From: the human T2T-CHM13v2.0 reference genome, Homo sapiens
Assembly: GCF_009914755.1 (NCBI RefSeq)
Contig: NC_060932.1
DNA length: 64,000 nucleotides
Reading direction: 5' to 3' (one strand)
Below the pieces are notes generated by a model. The model was given only the letters and a program-made list of their open reading frames with translations. It was not told the DNA's origin and did not search any database. The position numbers and the translations under genes are program-made. This document shows positions 37,723 through 50,956 of this stretch, one piece after another; position 1 is the first letter of the stretch; every line of letters begins with the position of its first letter.

Positions 37723-40700
37723 CACATTTACAGGAGAAACAATTTTAGGCTTTTAGTACCTCAGTATGCGCATCCTCAAAATGGGACTACTTACAATATA
37801 TAAATGTATATAAATCCTGCGACTGTTATGAAGATGAAATTAGTTAATATAGAGAGAGCACATTAAGCAGTGAAAGTACAGGGCAGGTTCTTAAATGTTA
37901 GTTCCTACCAATTACAATGATTGCTACTTGACTGCTCCCGCTGAAGGTCTGACCAACATTTCAAGAGGCTTTGTCTGAGGTGAGACAGAGCAAACTGGAG
38001 TCTCTCTAAGCTGAGTAGTAAAGTGAGTGAGAAAATGGCTCAGATTATTAAAGCCATGAAGATATTGGACTAAAATTCCTTTACAAATTCCTTCATTCTT
38101 TACTTGGTAGGTACAAATCTGGCTATTAATATTCAGAAGGCATAGTTTTATAGCTGAAAGAAAACAGAGTACGTTCAGCTTAGTTTAGTCTTCCATTGAA
38201 GGGTAGAATGAATTGCTAAGTGTTAGCCAGCCCGCTGCAGGGTTAAAACTAGTTCTCTTGCCTCACAGCCCTGGACTCGCTCACTGTATCTATTTCTCTT
38301 AATGGCTTAGAAGAGACTATTTTTAAATTAGACCAAACAACAACAGCAAAAAAACAAAACAAAACAAAACAAAAGACTGCAGCTCTCTTAAGTCTTAGGG
38401 CATTAAAAGAGACTTTTTTTGGCAGTATTGTATTTTATAAATCACCTTATGTATTGGATCACCCACATACACACATGCACACACACACACATACACACAC
38501 ACCCTCTTAATTATTAACCAATAGGCCTCTAGATCTCTAGATCCAGGGCTTACAAATACATTTTTTACAGGAAAATTCAAGATCCCATGCGTAACTGCTT
38601 TTTCAGTAGTGTTTTGCAGAGGAATGACCAGAATGATACTGGAGCCTGCGAAACTTGCATCCAGGGCATGGATTGGCTGCATAACAACTGTGTTGTCCCC
38701 AGGTTCTAGGAAGCACTGGTGGAGGACCTCATTGTCTGCTGCAATATAAAAGGAACATTTGTTCAGAGCATGTCACTCTCATTCATTTTGAAAACAACAT
38801 GCAGAGTTAAATGAATCCAGTGCTGAAGTATGCAGCTGTCCATGCTGTAGAAGGGAGCATTGTCAGTTGATGAAAATTCTAAACTGATAGTTTAGGATGG
38901 TGTCAGAAATTGTACTTTCCACAAGTTAACTTACCAGAGAATATGGCACTCTTCACATTTGACCAAAATTGTGTGTTTATCTACACTATCTTTACTTGCA
39001 CCATTACCTTGATTGATACACAAACAGATAATAAGATAGAAACATTGGAATAACTACAACATAAGTAACGAGGGGAAAATAGTTTGATGAAAATAGGGTG
39101 AAATAATAAAAAAGGAGCATTTCATAATGAAATAGACAAAAAGCACATTTTGAACATGCATTTTCTTTTAAACATTTTCTCAAATTTGATGATATTCATT
39201 TTATTTGAAGTTATCTAAGATTAACTTAATACCAAGAGAAAAAAATTATCTGTGTTATATCATAAAAGCTACAAAATCTAATTAGATAGTAGAAATCTGA
39301 TAGAAATTATTATAGCCATAAAGAATTAGAACATAATAAATAGTACAGATTTTAGGAACTTACTATCTAAGGTAGGTAGTGCATACATTATTAAGCTATG
39401 TGAAAGTCATCTAGAGAAATATTTATTCAGTAGTGAACTAAATTAGGTTACTGAAGATTATTAAGGTCACCATAAAGACATTAAACCACGGAGAGAAAGG
39501 GGAAAAATTCTGAAAATACATCAATGGAATGTAAAGTGTCTGAAATCCACAAAGAACAGAATATGTGTTTGTCAGACATGTTGGATATACTTTTGAATTG
39601 TTATATAAATCGCTTTGTTTTTCAAAAGCATTAGGAAATACATTTTACATAATATGATTAGAAAAGGAAAACTGCATTTTGTGCAAAGCTTCATTTGAAT
39701 TCATTTTCTTTGTTATGGCTTAACTAGCCCCAGCTTCTCACCTCTAATCATAACAGACTCCTTCTGGTTTAATTATGTTTCAAGTTCTGAAGATGAGTTA
39801 ACCACTTACACAGGGAATTTGACTTCATTGATCAGTAAAAGAAAAAGAAGTCTATGTTTTGATTGGCCATTTAACTGACCTATTGGTCAGTTGGCTTCTT
39901 AAGATGGTTCTTTTTCAGTCATCCTACTGAACTACCCAACATACAGATAGGATGCAAGAGGATCCCCTCAGACACTACAAAACAGATAGAATTATAAGTC
40001 AGTTTTTCATTAAATGCATAGCAGAGAGGCTGAGAACTGAAACAGAGAGGACTTCCACTCCACTGAAGGAAATTGTACCTTTAGAGACTAAATGGTGAAG
40101 AAAATTGCTAGAAAGAGCAGGACAATTTAACCTGAAGCTTGACTGCACATCCTATCCTTTTGTCCGGCTAAAAAAATCAATTTCTCAGTTTACCCTGACA
40201 ATTTTAATTGTAGGGCTGACTATATCACAGAAGAGCAAACACGAGATTAGATCTGAAAATATGTAATTTACTTTGGCAATCAAATAACAATGAAACTATT
40301 AAAATATAACACCCCTTCCACTTATCTATTGAACATGTGTTCTTAACAGATTCTGAAATACATGTTCACCATACACACACATAATATAGTTTCTTACAAA
40401 AAGTAATTATATGTATACCTTAATGAGATTCCACTAAAATTCTGTGAGCTGAAATTCACTGTAGGTAAGAAAAACTAAAAGTGTTATTCTACTGGACCTT
40501 ACCTTCCTTGGAGCTCAGTGTATCTGATGTAATAAATTCACACTTTGCTGTGTTAAATTTGTTCATGCAATAGAAGCTCATAAAAAAGAATATAGACTAA
40601 AGAGTAAGTTGCATAATGAGATTTAATCTATGTAAAATATGTCCCAGAAGAAATGTCCTTTACTTTGATTATATCCCTTGAAACAAGATCCCCTGCTGGA

Positions 40701-40909
40701 AACCACAATAAATGAGAGCTTGGGAAAAAACTCGTCTGGCAGGCAAGCTTGCCTTTTAAAACAAAAGTTCACCAAGCCCACCAAGTCCATGATCCTGGGG
40801 TGGGCTTAATTAATGTCAATGAAATCTCCGAGGTTTCCTGAGGATTAAAGAGAAAATAAATCTCTCTGGATTCTCCATGCCTTCCTCTCTGAGATACTCA
40901 AGATTGAAG

Positions 40910-40935
40910 ACACACACACACACACACACACACAC
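40910..40935. repeat. (AC)13 microsatellite
   Basis: Direct read. Confidence 0.95.
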
Positions 40936-42953
40936 CACCTGTGTGTGTGCACATATTACACCCATATGCACACATGTGCACACACATTCAGGTGCACATA
41001 TACAGAGAGTAGGTGTCTATTTCATTATGCAATGCTCTTTTTAAAAATTTAATTTTTTCAGGGTAGGTTCACATGTCACTTTACTATAATTCTCAACATG
41101 GCTCTAGAATGTCAACAGCTATATTGTCTCTTGTCATCAGAATGATTTAGCATATTTCTCGGAGTGGACATGATAACATTTCTGTATTGCCTTTCTGTTC
41201 TGTCATTGACTCATATTTTTATTAAATGCACAGTGATGCTCTGTCAAGCTCAACTGAAAAGACATACCTGAGTAGAATCTTCAGTTATTTTTCATTAAAA
41301 TTTTATTTCATGTGAAATAATTCCTCATTGAATTAAAAGGGCTTTTTTTTTTCCCACCAACTGTGCACTCTATTTTATTTCACTCAGAGTCAATGAGATT
41401 CTGGGCCTGATTACACATCCTTTTATCAGAAACAAATTAATACCAATGCCAATAAAATATTTAATTTTATTTTATATTGGTTATGTATAAAGAGACTTAC
41501 CAAGAGCATGTTCACAGATCATAGCAACCATGTTGTCCCCCAAAAATGAAAGAGGAGGCTAGAGATCAGCTTTCATTAATACCTAAATATAATATATAGC
41601 TAATGCTGATTCCCTGGCCTGGAAGTAGCAATTCCACCCTGTAAATAACACATGTGACTTTCAGCATGAAACACACACATGCAATACATATAAAATACAC
41701 AATTTTCAGAACCGTTAAGCTGCTGTACCATACCCAAGGAAACAATCATATTCACTCCCCATCCACATCCTGAACAATGATTATTTTTATGAAAATTCTC
41801 TTTCAGTTGTTCTTCTCCTACCTTTCCAATTATGCCAGCCACATCATTTTGAGCCTCTGAGTCTCTTTAAAAGTTTTGTTATGCAGACTTCAATTTTCTA
41901 AACATCTCAGAAATACACAAGTGGTCTTAACAAATATAGTGCGACTGCCGTGTGGTTTCGTGTTGCTTTTGTAGTTTCTAAGACACTCTAGCATTATTTA
42001 ATTAGCTAAAATTTCTTCTCTCTTGAGAAATGGAAACTCAATGAAATGTCAACAATGCTGTCAGTCTGCTTCAGGCTAAACTCATTACACAAAAACTAAA
42101 GGTAAAAATAGTACAAGGCAGAATTCTTTGTCATAATTTTGAGGCCCACACCTTATGTCAATGAAATCCATATGTGATTCAATGAAAATGCTAAATTGGG
42201 AAGAGTAGCTAATAAATTATCTCAACCGAGGCAATAATTGATCAGTCCTTGCATAGAAATTTATCTAATTAGCCAAACAACATATCAAGTTCTGCTGAGG
42301 TTTATCTCAGTGCTACATTTATTTCATGATGAACCCTTGCTTTTCAGTTCTGATAAGGCCGAAAAATGCTCTGTGCTGCTCTTTATTCCTAAAATAAATC
42401 CTTTTCCCCTGAGAAAGAAAAAAAAAATCATTGTCTTTTTAAGCGAAGTACAGCCAAGAACTGAACAAAAATGCCTCATTTTATCTGAATTATCATGAAG
42501 GGTTCGGGATCCATGGGCTCATTACTAAGGATAATAAAATTTGGCATTTTCTATTGTCTGAGGGTTTATAAAGGCTAAATTTCTTGATTTATTTAAATAG
42601 ATGATAGGAAAGAGCAAACTACAAAAACAAGTGCTATATACTGAAGGCATGTGAATTACCTCCTTCCCAAGGATAATGCAAATTAGAAGTACGTAAAGCT
42701 TTGTCTGCACCTGGGATCTTTAATGAGGATAAAGAAAAATCAGACAGAGATTCTCCTGGGGAAAGAGAGGATCGTTATTTGAATAACCTGCAGTGAATTC
42801 TAATCAATGCGACGTGACTTTGAAAATGAATGTGGTCTTTCAACCTGCTATACTTGAGCTGTAATATTAATCATAACTCCATGGTACAGTAAAGCTTATG
42901 ACAAATGCTTATCCAGTGGACTCAGAAAAAGACTGGCTTGGGTGTGCCAAGGA

Positions 42954-43045
42954 GAAATGGATCCATGAAAATACAAAGGCTCTTCTCTTTTCCTCCCTAT
43001 GAAATGGAACCATGAAAATACAAAGGCTCTTCTCTTTTCCTCCCT
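42954..43045. repeat. 47-bp-period tandem duplication
   Basis: gaaatgga(t/a)ccatgaaaatacaaaggctcttctcttttcctccct twice. Confidence 0.95.
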
Positions 43046-44705
43046 GCTAGCCCATTCATTGGCTAGTGTATTCTGTTATCTTTCTTTGATTATCTCTAAA
43101 GAGGCTGATACAAATTGCATGTCATAACTGTAATTGTTTTCTTTTCGTCAAAGGTGACATTTTACATGTAGCTTATTTCCTGACACAGTCTTGGGAGTGT
43201 TATTTAACATTAAATTATATCAGGAAACTGGTGTGCCAATCTGCTAAGGATGCATTAAATAGCACAGCAAACCACTGCAACACAGGAGGGAATTTCAGCT
43301 CTGCCCTATTAGAGCACTGCATTCTTTATAAGTGCATCCTGGACCTAAAGAAGGATGAGTATACACATGGCAGATTTCCTGGAATGTTAGATAGAAAAGT
43401 GATACTGACTTAAATAATATTTTTTTTAAAAAATCAGCTATCAAGTGTTTTCTGACTTAAAAAATGTAATTAGTTTTTGACAGGTTGACATTAAAAGGCT
43501 TACAGCAGAGGCACATAATGCATTAAAGCTAAACTCTCAAAAATCACATGAGGAAGGAAGAAGATGATAAAATAAACATCTTAAAATAATTTAAATAATC
43601 TTTTGTCAGGAAGTGATTCCAGGGAAAGAAGAGGAGTGGCATATTTGTATCGGCCTAATGGAAATAGTGTTTAGTAATCAGAGCTGCTTGCCTGATCATT
43701 GTTGTTGCTGTAATTTTCCGAGGTGAACTACAAATGGTGCAACACAGACAGGTCGTCCAGCATGTCCCATTATTTTGTGATGACTCTTATTCATAAGGCA
43801 AAACAGAAGTTCATTCTTCAAGTGTATATTCCCATAGGAGAGTGGTTTCTAGATTTCAGGTGTGAAGTAAAAGGGAATGCTAGATGCTACTCACAAATCT
43901 GAAGGCAGCCAAAGTAGACAGATGCATTTCAAAATTACTCTTGTTTTGTAGAATTTAAGAACAAGAGGCTACGTAAGATATCCTGTATTTCATCTCCTGC
44001 TTCAATGCTGCCATCAAATCATCATGGACACACAGATGGAATATATGTTGCAGATAAATGGAATGTGTGCATATGTGTATATATATATGTGCACACACAT
44101 GTATATGTAAATATATATGAGACAGATATAAAATATATATGGAAAGTATACTTGAAATATAAATAGTCAAGTATTTGGTCTGAGTCCACAGCCTGAGAAA
44201 CAGGAGAGCCAATAAGTACCCCCGTAAGTCTCTCCTATAAAAACAGAGTGTAAATTCCAGTTCAATGGCAGGAGATCAACATATGATCAACATTTCAACA
44301 TGTGTACATATATATATATATATGTACACATATATTCAGGTATATACATGAATTTGTACACATATATAGGTATGGAATGTACCAATTTAAAGACATATTT
44401 GTAGATATAATGTAGATAAATAGAATACTGAACTTGAAGTCACAATCAGTCATCATGGTCCTCATATATTGTCCTTAATGTATTTTTTAAGTGTCATTTT
44501 AATGATCTTTTACTGACAGTTTTATCCCTAACCAACATTATCATATGTGAATTATCATGACTTATTTTACATGTGATTGTAAACTTCCAGCCCTAATGCC
44601 GAGGATGTCCAACATTTTTTGTCTCTTCCAATGTGTTAAGAAGATAGAACACTGTATGTGGTACACACTAATTTTATCCCCATTTTAGAGATGAGAATTC
44701 AGAGT

Positions 44706-45162
44706 TGTGATGGTTAATTTTGTATGTTAACTTGACTGAGCCATGAGATGCCCAGATATTAGGTTAAATGTTATTTCTGGGTATGTCTGTAAGGATACTT
44801 CTGGACAAGATTAGCATTTGAATCATAGGCTAAGTAAAGCTGATTGCCCAGATTGTCTGCTCTAATATGGGTGCGCATCATCCTGTCTGTTGAGGCCTTG
44901 AATAGAAAATTCGGAGAAAGGGAAAATGTGCATGAGCACTCTCTCTCTCTTTCTCTCTCTCTCTACCTGACCTCTTGAGCTAGATGTTGATCACCTGCCA
45001 TTGAACTGGAATGTACACTCTGTCCTTGTAGGAGAGACTTACAGTAGACTTACTGACTCTCCTGTTTCTCAGGCCTTTGGACTCAGACCAGAACTACATC
45101 ACTGACTCTCCTGGGTCTCCAGATCTCAATCTCTCTCTCTCTCTCTCATCTGCCTATCTATC

Positions 45163-45208
<46 letters not shown>

Positions 45209-45363
45209 TTATCATCTATCTCTATCTATCGATCTGTTTGTTTATCTATCTTATCTATCTAGCTAGCTAGCTAGCTAGCTATCATCTATCTATCGCCCTA
45301 ACCTTCCATTTATTTATCTAATCTCCCGTTGGTTCTGTTTCTCTGAGGACTCTGACTAATAGA
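44706..45363 (+). mobile_element. MLT2 (B/D-like) ERVL solo LTR, inserted in a reverse MIR
   Basis: 'tgtgatggttaattttgtatgttaacttgactgagccatgagatgcccagata...ggttctgtttctctgaggactctgactaata'. Confidence 0.88.
45130..45293. repeat. Compound STR: (CT)n, (ATCT)11 core, (CTAG)5
   Basis: Direct read; pure ATCT run 45163-45206. Confidence 0.95.
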
Positions 45364-45464
45364 AGGATCTTAGGAAGGTTGTGTTAATTTCTCAATTTAA
45401 TCCAAGTTGTAAGTGGCAGAACTGAAAATAAAATCTATACTTCTAATATTAACTCATGATTCTT

Positions 45465-45780
45465 TTAAAAAACAAATTTATTGAGTTATAATCTGCATCC
45501 TATCAAATTCATGCGTAAGTGTACAATTCAATGATTATTAGTAAACATACTGAGTTGTGCATCAATCATCATAATCCAGTTTTAGAAATTTATTCTCCCC
45601 AGTAAGATCCCTCATGCCTGTTTACAGTTAATCTCTGTTCCTACCCTTAGCCCTAGGCAACCACTAATCTATTTCTGTGTCTATAGGTTTTACTTTTCTA
45701 GATGTTTCATGTAAATGGAATGGTGTAATATAAAGTCTTTTGTGTCTGGCTTCTTCCACTTAGTATAATGTTTCTGAGAC
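45465..45780 (-). mobile_element. L1MB-like 3' fragment
   Basis: 'tttattgagttataat...aagtgtacaattcaatgatt...ccctaggcaaccactaatctatttctg...gtgtctggcttcttccacttag'. Confidence 0.85.
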
Positions 45781-46191
45781 CCCTCTCTCTTGTTGCCTCA
45801 TGCTTTTTATAATGCATTTGTCTACTCTTCACTCTGCTCACTGCTTCTGCTCTATTTTGAGCTGTTTCTATTTTGATCTCAACTTAGGATGGGAAACAAA
45901 GAGATGCACTGTAGCATGGTGAAAAAAAAAAAAACACTAGCATTGAAAGCAAGAAGATCTGGGTTTGGAGTCTATGAGCAAGGCAATTCTATCTCTCAAC
46001 TACTTCACCTGCAAAATCTTGTTTACTGGAAAGACAAAATGAGATAAGGCCCAAAATTGTACTTACAAAACCACATAAATAGTATAGTAGTTTATTAATA
46101 TTGTGTTTATTACAGCATGAAGAGGTAAATGAGTCAACTTTTCAAAATATAATAATCTCTTTATACTCAAGGAATCCTAGATCTAGTGTGA

Positions 46192-46542
<351 letters not shown>

Positions 46543-46917
46543 TAAACTCCTTCAGTTCAGGTCACCATTCCCTAATGTAAACCCAAGTTCATGTTTATAT
46601 GCCACAAGTGGTAGGTTTTTATTATGTACAACTTATAAACCAGGCCTGAATTCTATTCAAGGTAGCCCATAGTAGAGGCCACCAGTCCCAAACTGCGGAA
46701 ACTGCAAAAGAATCACCTGTGACGTCTCTTGAAAATGCAGATTCCTCGACAGACAAGGATTGCAGCTTAAAAACCTTCATTTTAAATAATTCTGAAAATG
46801 ATCCATTTCTATCCTAAAATTGAGAACCAAACTTGAGTGAAAATGGTTCTCAGATATATTACCTAAAGTCAATGTAATGATATTAGAGCATTCTAGAATC
46901 ACACCACAAATTCCCAT

Positions 46918-47370
46918 GGTGCAGAGGCTGCTGTTGGCCTCCAATATCCATTCTTCCCTTCTTTCTTTTAGCACTATTATCCCAGAATTTTAGCTGAGGT
47001 CATGATTACCCGGCATCCCTTGCTGCCGGGTATGATCATGTAACTAACTGCTGGCCAATGACATTTGAACAGAAGTGATGCATGCCATTTGTGGCTCATA
47101 TTCGTAAAAGTAAGGGGTTTACTTTCCATTCATTTTTTTTTCCTTCTTCCCAGGAGCTAAACTATGAATAGGGCGAGCCATCCATGACTGTGTAGATAAA
47201 GACAACATTAGTGAATTGCAAAGCATCAAGATAGCAGTTTGGGTATTAAATAAACTCATGGATTGCCTCCCAGCTCATATTCTTAAGTGAGATAAGTAAA
47301 CTTTTATTTTGTATAAATTATTGTTATTCTTTCCTCTGCTAAATAATTAAACTGATATCTTCACCAATAT
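46918..47370 (+). mobile_element. MLT1J-like solo LTR
   Basis: 'ccaatatccattcttcccttctt...ctggccaatgacatttgaacagaagtgatg...aaacttttattttgt'. Confidence 0.7.
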
Positions 47371-47580
47371 GCTAACTAAAAGGCATTCACTATTCAGAAA
47401 ACTCAATTAAGTAGCTTTTGAATGTCTGAATTGCTAAGTTTGTTTCTTTTCTGGACATATTTACTTTACAATGGTTAAGACCTTGTCTTTCTGACATTCT
47501 GTTCAATTTGAGGAGCCTGAAGATTTGGTCAGAGGAGCACAGTAACAAAAGCTTGTAGATGAGGTAGAGAATTGAGAATT

Positions 47581-47650
47581 TAGAGATTTACATTTGGTCT
47601 TATATGTAAATCTGGACCAAATGTAGAGATTTACATTTGGTCTTATATGT
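47581..47650. repeat. 27-bp direct repeat with spacer made of inverted copies
   Basis: tagagatttacatttggtcttatatgt at 47581-47607 and 47624-47650. Confidence 0.95.
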
Positions 47651-48479
47651 TTTAGGTTTGATAAGTTTGACATCATTGGTATGAATGAGTGGAGGGCAGG
47701 TGACCGGTCTTAGTCATCTTGGATTTTTCCAGAGAACCTGGCACACATTAAGTGATCAAAAATATTTGCTGATTTACTCTGAGCAAAAGACTCCTGTGCA
47801 ACACGAGTGCTAACATAATGAAATTTGTAGGCTTTCCCATAGATAAGGCACAGTGGGGCTATTTTCTTTAAAAGGGAATAGTAGGCAGGTGGAATAGGTA
47901 ATTGCTGAGTCCCATTTAGCTTTAAAAGAAAGACAGCTCATGGCTCTCTCCCATTTCCAAAATCTGCTGCTGATTCTCTACTACCCTACATAAAGCACAC
48001 AAAACATCAGTACTCTCCATAAATGCACCCAGTTCACTCTCTTTCCAGCTTAATTTGCTCTAAACGTACCTGAATTCTCCTTGTATTTTCCTGACTTTAC
48101 ATTCTGCTCTACCTGTTCCCTCTGCTTGGAGACATATCTTCCTATCAAATTCCCATCCACTCTGCATGAGTGAATGCCCTTCAGTGTTATGTGAATACAC
48201 AGATCTCTTGAAAGCAGGGGAGGTAAACAGCCTTGACAGTTCCTAGAAGTCATTCTAATAGATTTTGAATGATGATCTCTCACTGAAGAGATCCCATACA
48301 TTACAACTCCAGGTCAGAAACCAGAGCAGAAGATACTTGCTGATGAGAGAGTTATTTCCAAATTCCCGGTTCCTGACGACTGGCCAGAGGGTCAAGGTGG
48401 ACGAAGATCAGAGGTGGCTCCTGGCATAGCCCTTTCCTGATGGCTGCTTCTATTTATAGGCACTATCACCAAAACACAT

Positions 48480-49098
48480 CCTAAATGTTTCCCGTCATCT
48501 CCACCATATTTGGATACGACTTACTTCCCCCCAGTACTACTATGTTAGCCTGAGCCATCATCATCATTTACCTGAACTTATATGGAGTACTGCAACAGCC
48601 TCCCAACTAGACTCTCTTCTTCCATTCTAGTCTTCTCATCACAATTAATTTCACACAAAAGAGTCAGAATGATTTAAAATGCTCCAGTGGCTGTCTATCA
48701 CACTGATCATAAATCCTAAGAATAACTCCACTGATTTAGCTTCTGCCAGCCCCTCTGACATTACCTGGTACCACTTTCCCCCTGTCAACTATATTCTAGC
48801 CACACTGGCCTATTCCTCAAACACACCAAGCTCTCCCTTTTTTCTTGGCTTTTACACTTGCAATATCTCCTGCTGGGAACATCTTGTCCTTTCAGCTTTG
48901 CCTTGCTGGTGCCTCCTCATCAAATAAATCTCAACATAAAAGTCACCTCTCAGAGAGACCTTCCCTGGCCCCTACTAATTAATGCTTCTCTCTCTCTCCA
49001 TATCAGACTATTTTCTCAGAGCACTTAGCACTATTTGAAATTAATTTATTTCTGTTGAGCACATCATTAGATATCAATAAGCTGCTATTAAATGAATG
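48480..49098 (+). mobile_element. L2 fragment
   Basis: 'gccatcatcatcatttacctgaa...ctgcaacagcctcccaact...gtcacctctcagagagaccttccctggcc'. Confidence 0.75.
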
Positions 49099-49102
49099 CG
49101 TT

Positions 49103-49310
49103 TAGCAGAGTGGATAAGAACTCAAGCTCCAGAGCCAGTCTTGCTAAGTGAATCTAGGCTCTGGCATTTGCCATCTGTGTGTCTGTGGGCAAGTTAACTA
49201 TCCTCATTGTGACTCAGTTTCCTAATCTGTAAAATGGGGATACTAAGAGCACCTACTTCATAGGGTTGTTGTCAAGATTAAATAAATTAACATATGCAAT
49301 GGAAAGGTAT
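49103..49310 (+). mobile_element. MIR
   Basis: 'gggcaagttaactatcctcattgtgactcagtttcctaatctgtaaaatggggatact...catagggttgttg'. Confidence 0.85.
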
Positions 49311-50719
49311 AACATTTGCATGGAACATTGTGTGCAGTCAGAAAAATCAGATCACCATTTAAAGAATGGTATTTAAATTTCTAATCATAACTAAAACTGA
49401 ACAGCATATTAGTAACTACATAAGTTGATCAAATGTTTAGGGTTTTAGGTGGAGTCAGAATACTATGATTATTATATGCCAAATTTTTAGGTCCCTGAAT
49501 TATCAAGGCAAGCTGCTGTTCAGGGCTCTGATTGTTTTCTTTATGACTTCACGTATCAAGAACATTTTACAGAATTATTATATGCAATGGTCTGTGATCG
49601 GTTCTAAAACGGATCAATTGCCATAAAGTTGAGAACAGATGTAAACTAGCATTTACAGCACAATAGCATCAAAAGCTATGTATCCAGAACCATGGGGACA
49701 CTGAGGGGGAGCAGGGAGGAGGACACACCTCACACAACCCTCCTGTGGGTGTGGGTGGTGGCCAGGAAGGCGCGTGGCCTTGCAAGGCAGGCTGTAGCCT
49801 TGGACTGCGAGGTATTTCGTGAGCACCTGTGGACTCCCCAGTGTGGTGAACGCCACTCACCACGCAAGGAATGTGTAGTCACTGCATGAGCACATACCCA
49901 GGAAAGAATGCAGAGTCGTTTGCTCTCCTCAGCAGCATGTGAACAAATGTGCCACACATATGTACTTACACAAATGCAGAAATATAGGATTGCTCAAGAA
50001 AGGGAAGGAGAAGTGTGTTGAAACTTAATGGCGTACCAAGCATTTCCTAAGGGATGTTGTCTGTCAGTTTGTTTTCACTGGCTGATTGAAAATCACATGT
50101 GGCTTTCAGATGTTGAAAAGGAAAAGTATTCATATATAACAATGGGAACTTTTTTAGTACAATTCTTGATGTGAGCCACTTGGACATCCATATGATATTC
50201 CTGGGCAAATCTTTGGGCACAAGTTTCTGGAAGGACATCTAAAGATCATTTTCATTTTCCCCTTTCTTCTTTAGCTCTGATATGCTTTCAGAGATGGGGC
50301 CTATTCTAGCTGAGGCTTTTCTTCCCCCTCCTTTCTCTATTGCAGGGAGATGATAAAAATGTAAGATTTATTTTCACCCTGTTTTTCTTTCAATTAATGT
50401 GAAATCTTACTACAAGAAAGATGATCAGAAAACAAAATTCTGATAAGATTTGTTTCATGATTAAGAAGTCTGTGAAAAGGCCACCCCAAAGACTGGTATT
50501 GCACTATTGGCCTTAGAAAAAATTGTGACATGCAGAAGTGTAAGGGGAGAAGCAGATTAGCTGTTTATCTAAATATGCCCTAATCAAAAAGTAAATAAAG
50601 CTTCAGAAAAGGAAATGATACAGCACATTAGCTGAGTGAATAGTCTTGGCACCAAATAGACCTATGTCTGAAGGAGTCCACTGCTACTGACTAATTATTC
50701 TACCTTGTGGGCGGAGCTT

Positions 50720-50940
50720 GTTAGAGCTCCAAAATCATCGCTTCCTAGACTCACAGCCAGACTGCATTTCCTAGCTTCCTTTGCACCTAGGTGTGGCCTC
50801 GTGAGGGAGTTCTGACCCATGACCACCTCCAGTAACCCACAGCCAACTACACTGGAATGTTCCACGAGACAAAAATTAAGTTTTGATGGGTTTGGCAGCA
50901 AGAATTTTGAGGTTCTTCTAGCAGCTAGCCTACCTTTACA
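50720..50940 (+). mobile_element. Internally deleted MLT1 (I/J-like) remnant
   Basis: 'agactgcatttcctagcttcctttgcacctaggtgtggcc...gagttctgacc'. Confidence 0.55.
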
Positions 50941-50956
50941 CATTTGAATAAGATTC

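Noticed and set aside
40910-40950. (CA)n/(TG)n fold-back
   Set aside because: Low-complexity microsatellite flank; common
38925-41505. Isolated strong minus-strand donors (about 38934, 40502, 41499)
   Set aside because: No convincing paired acceptor; such motifs occur every few kb
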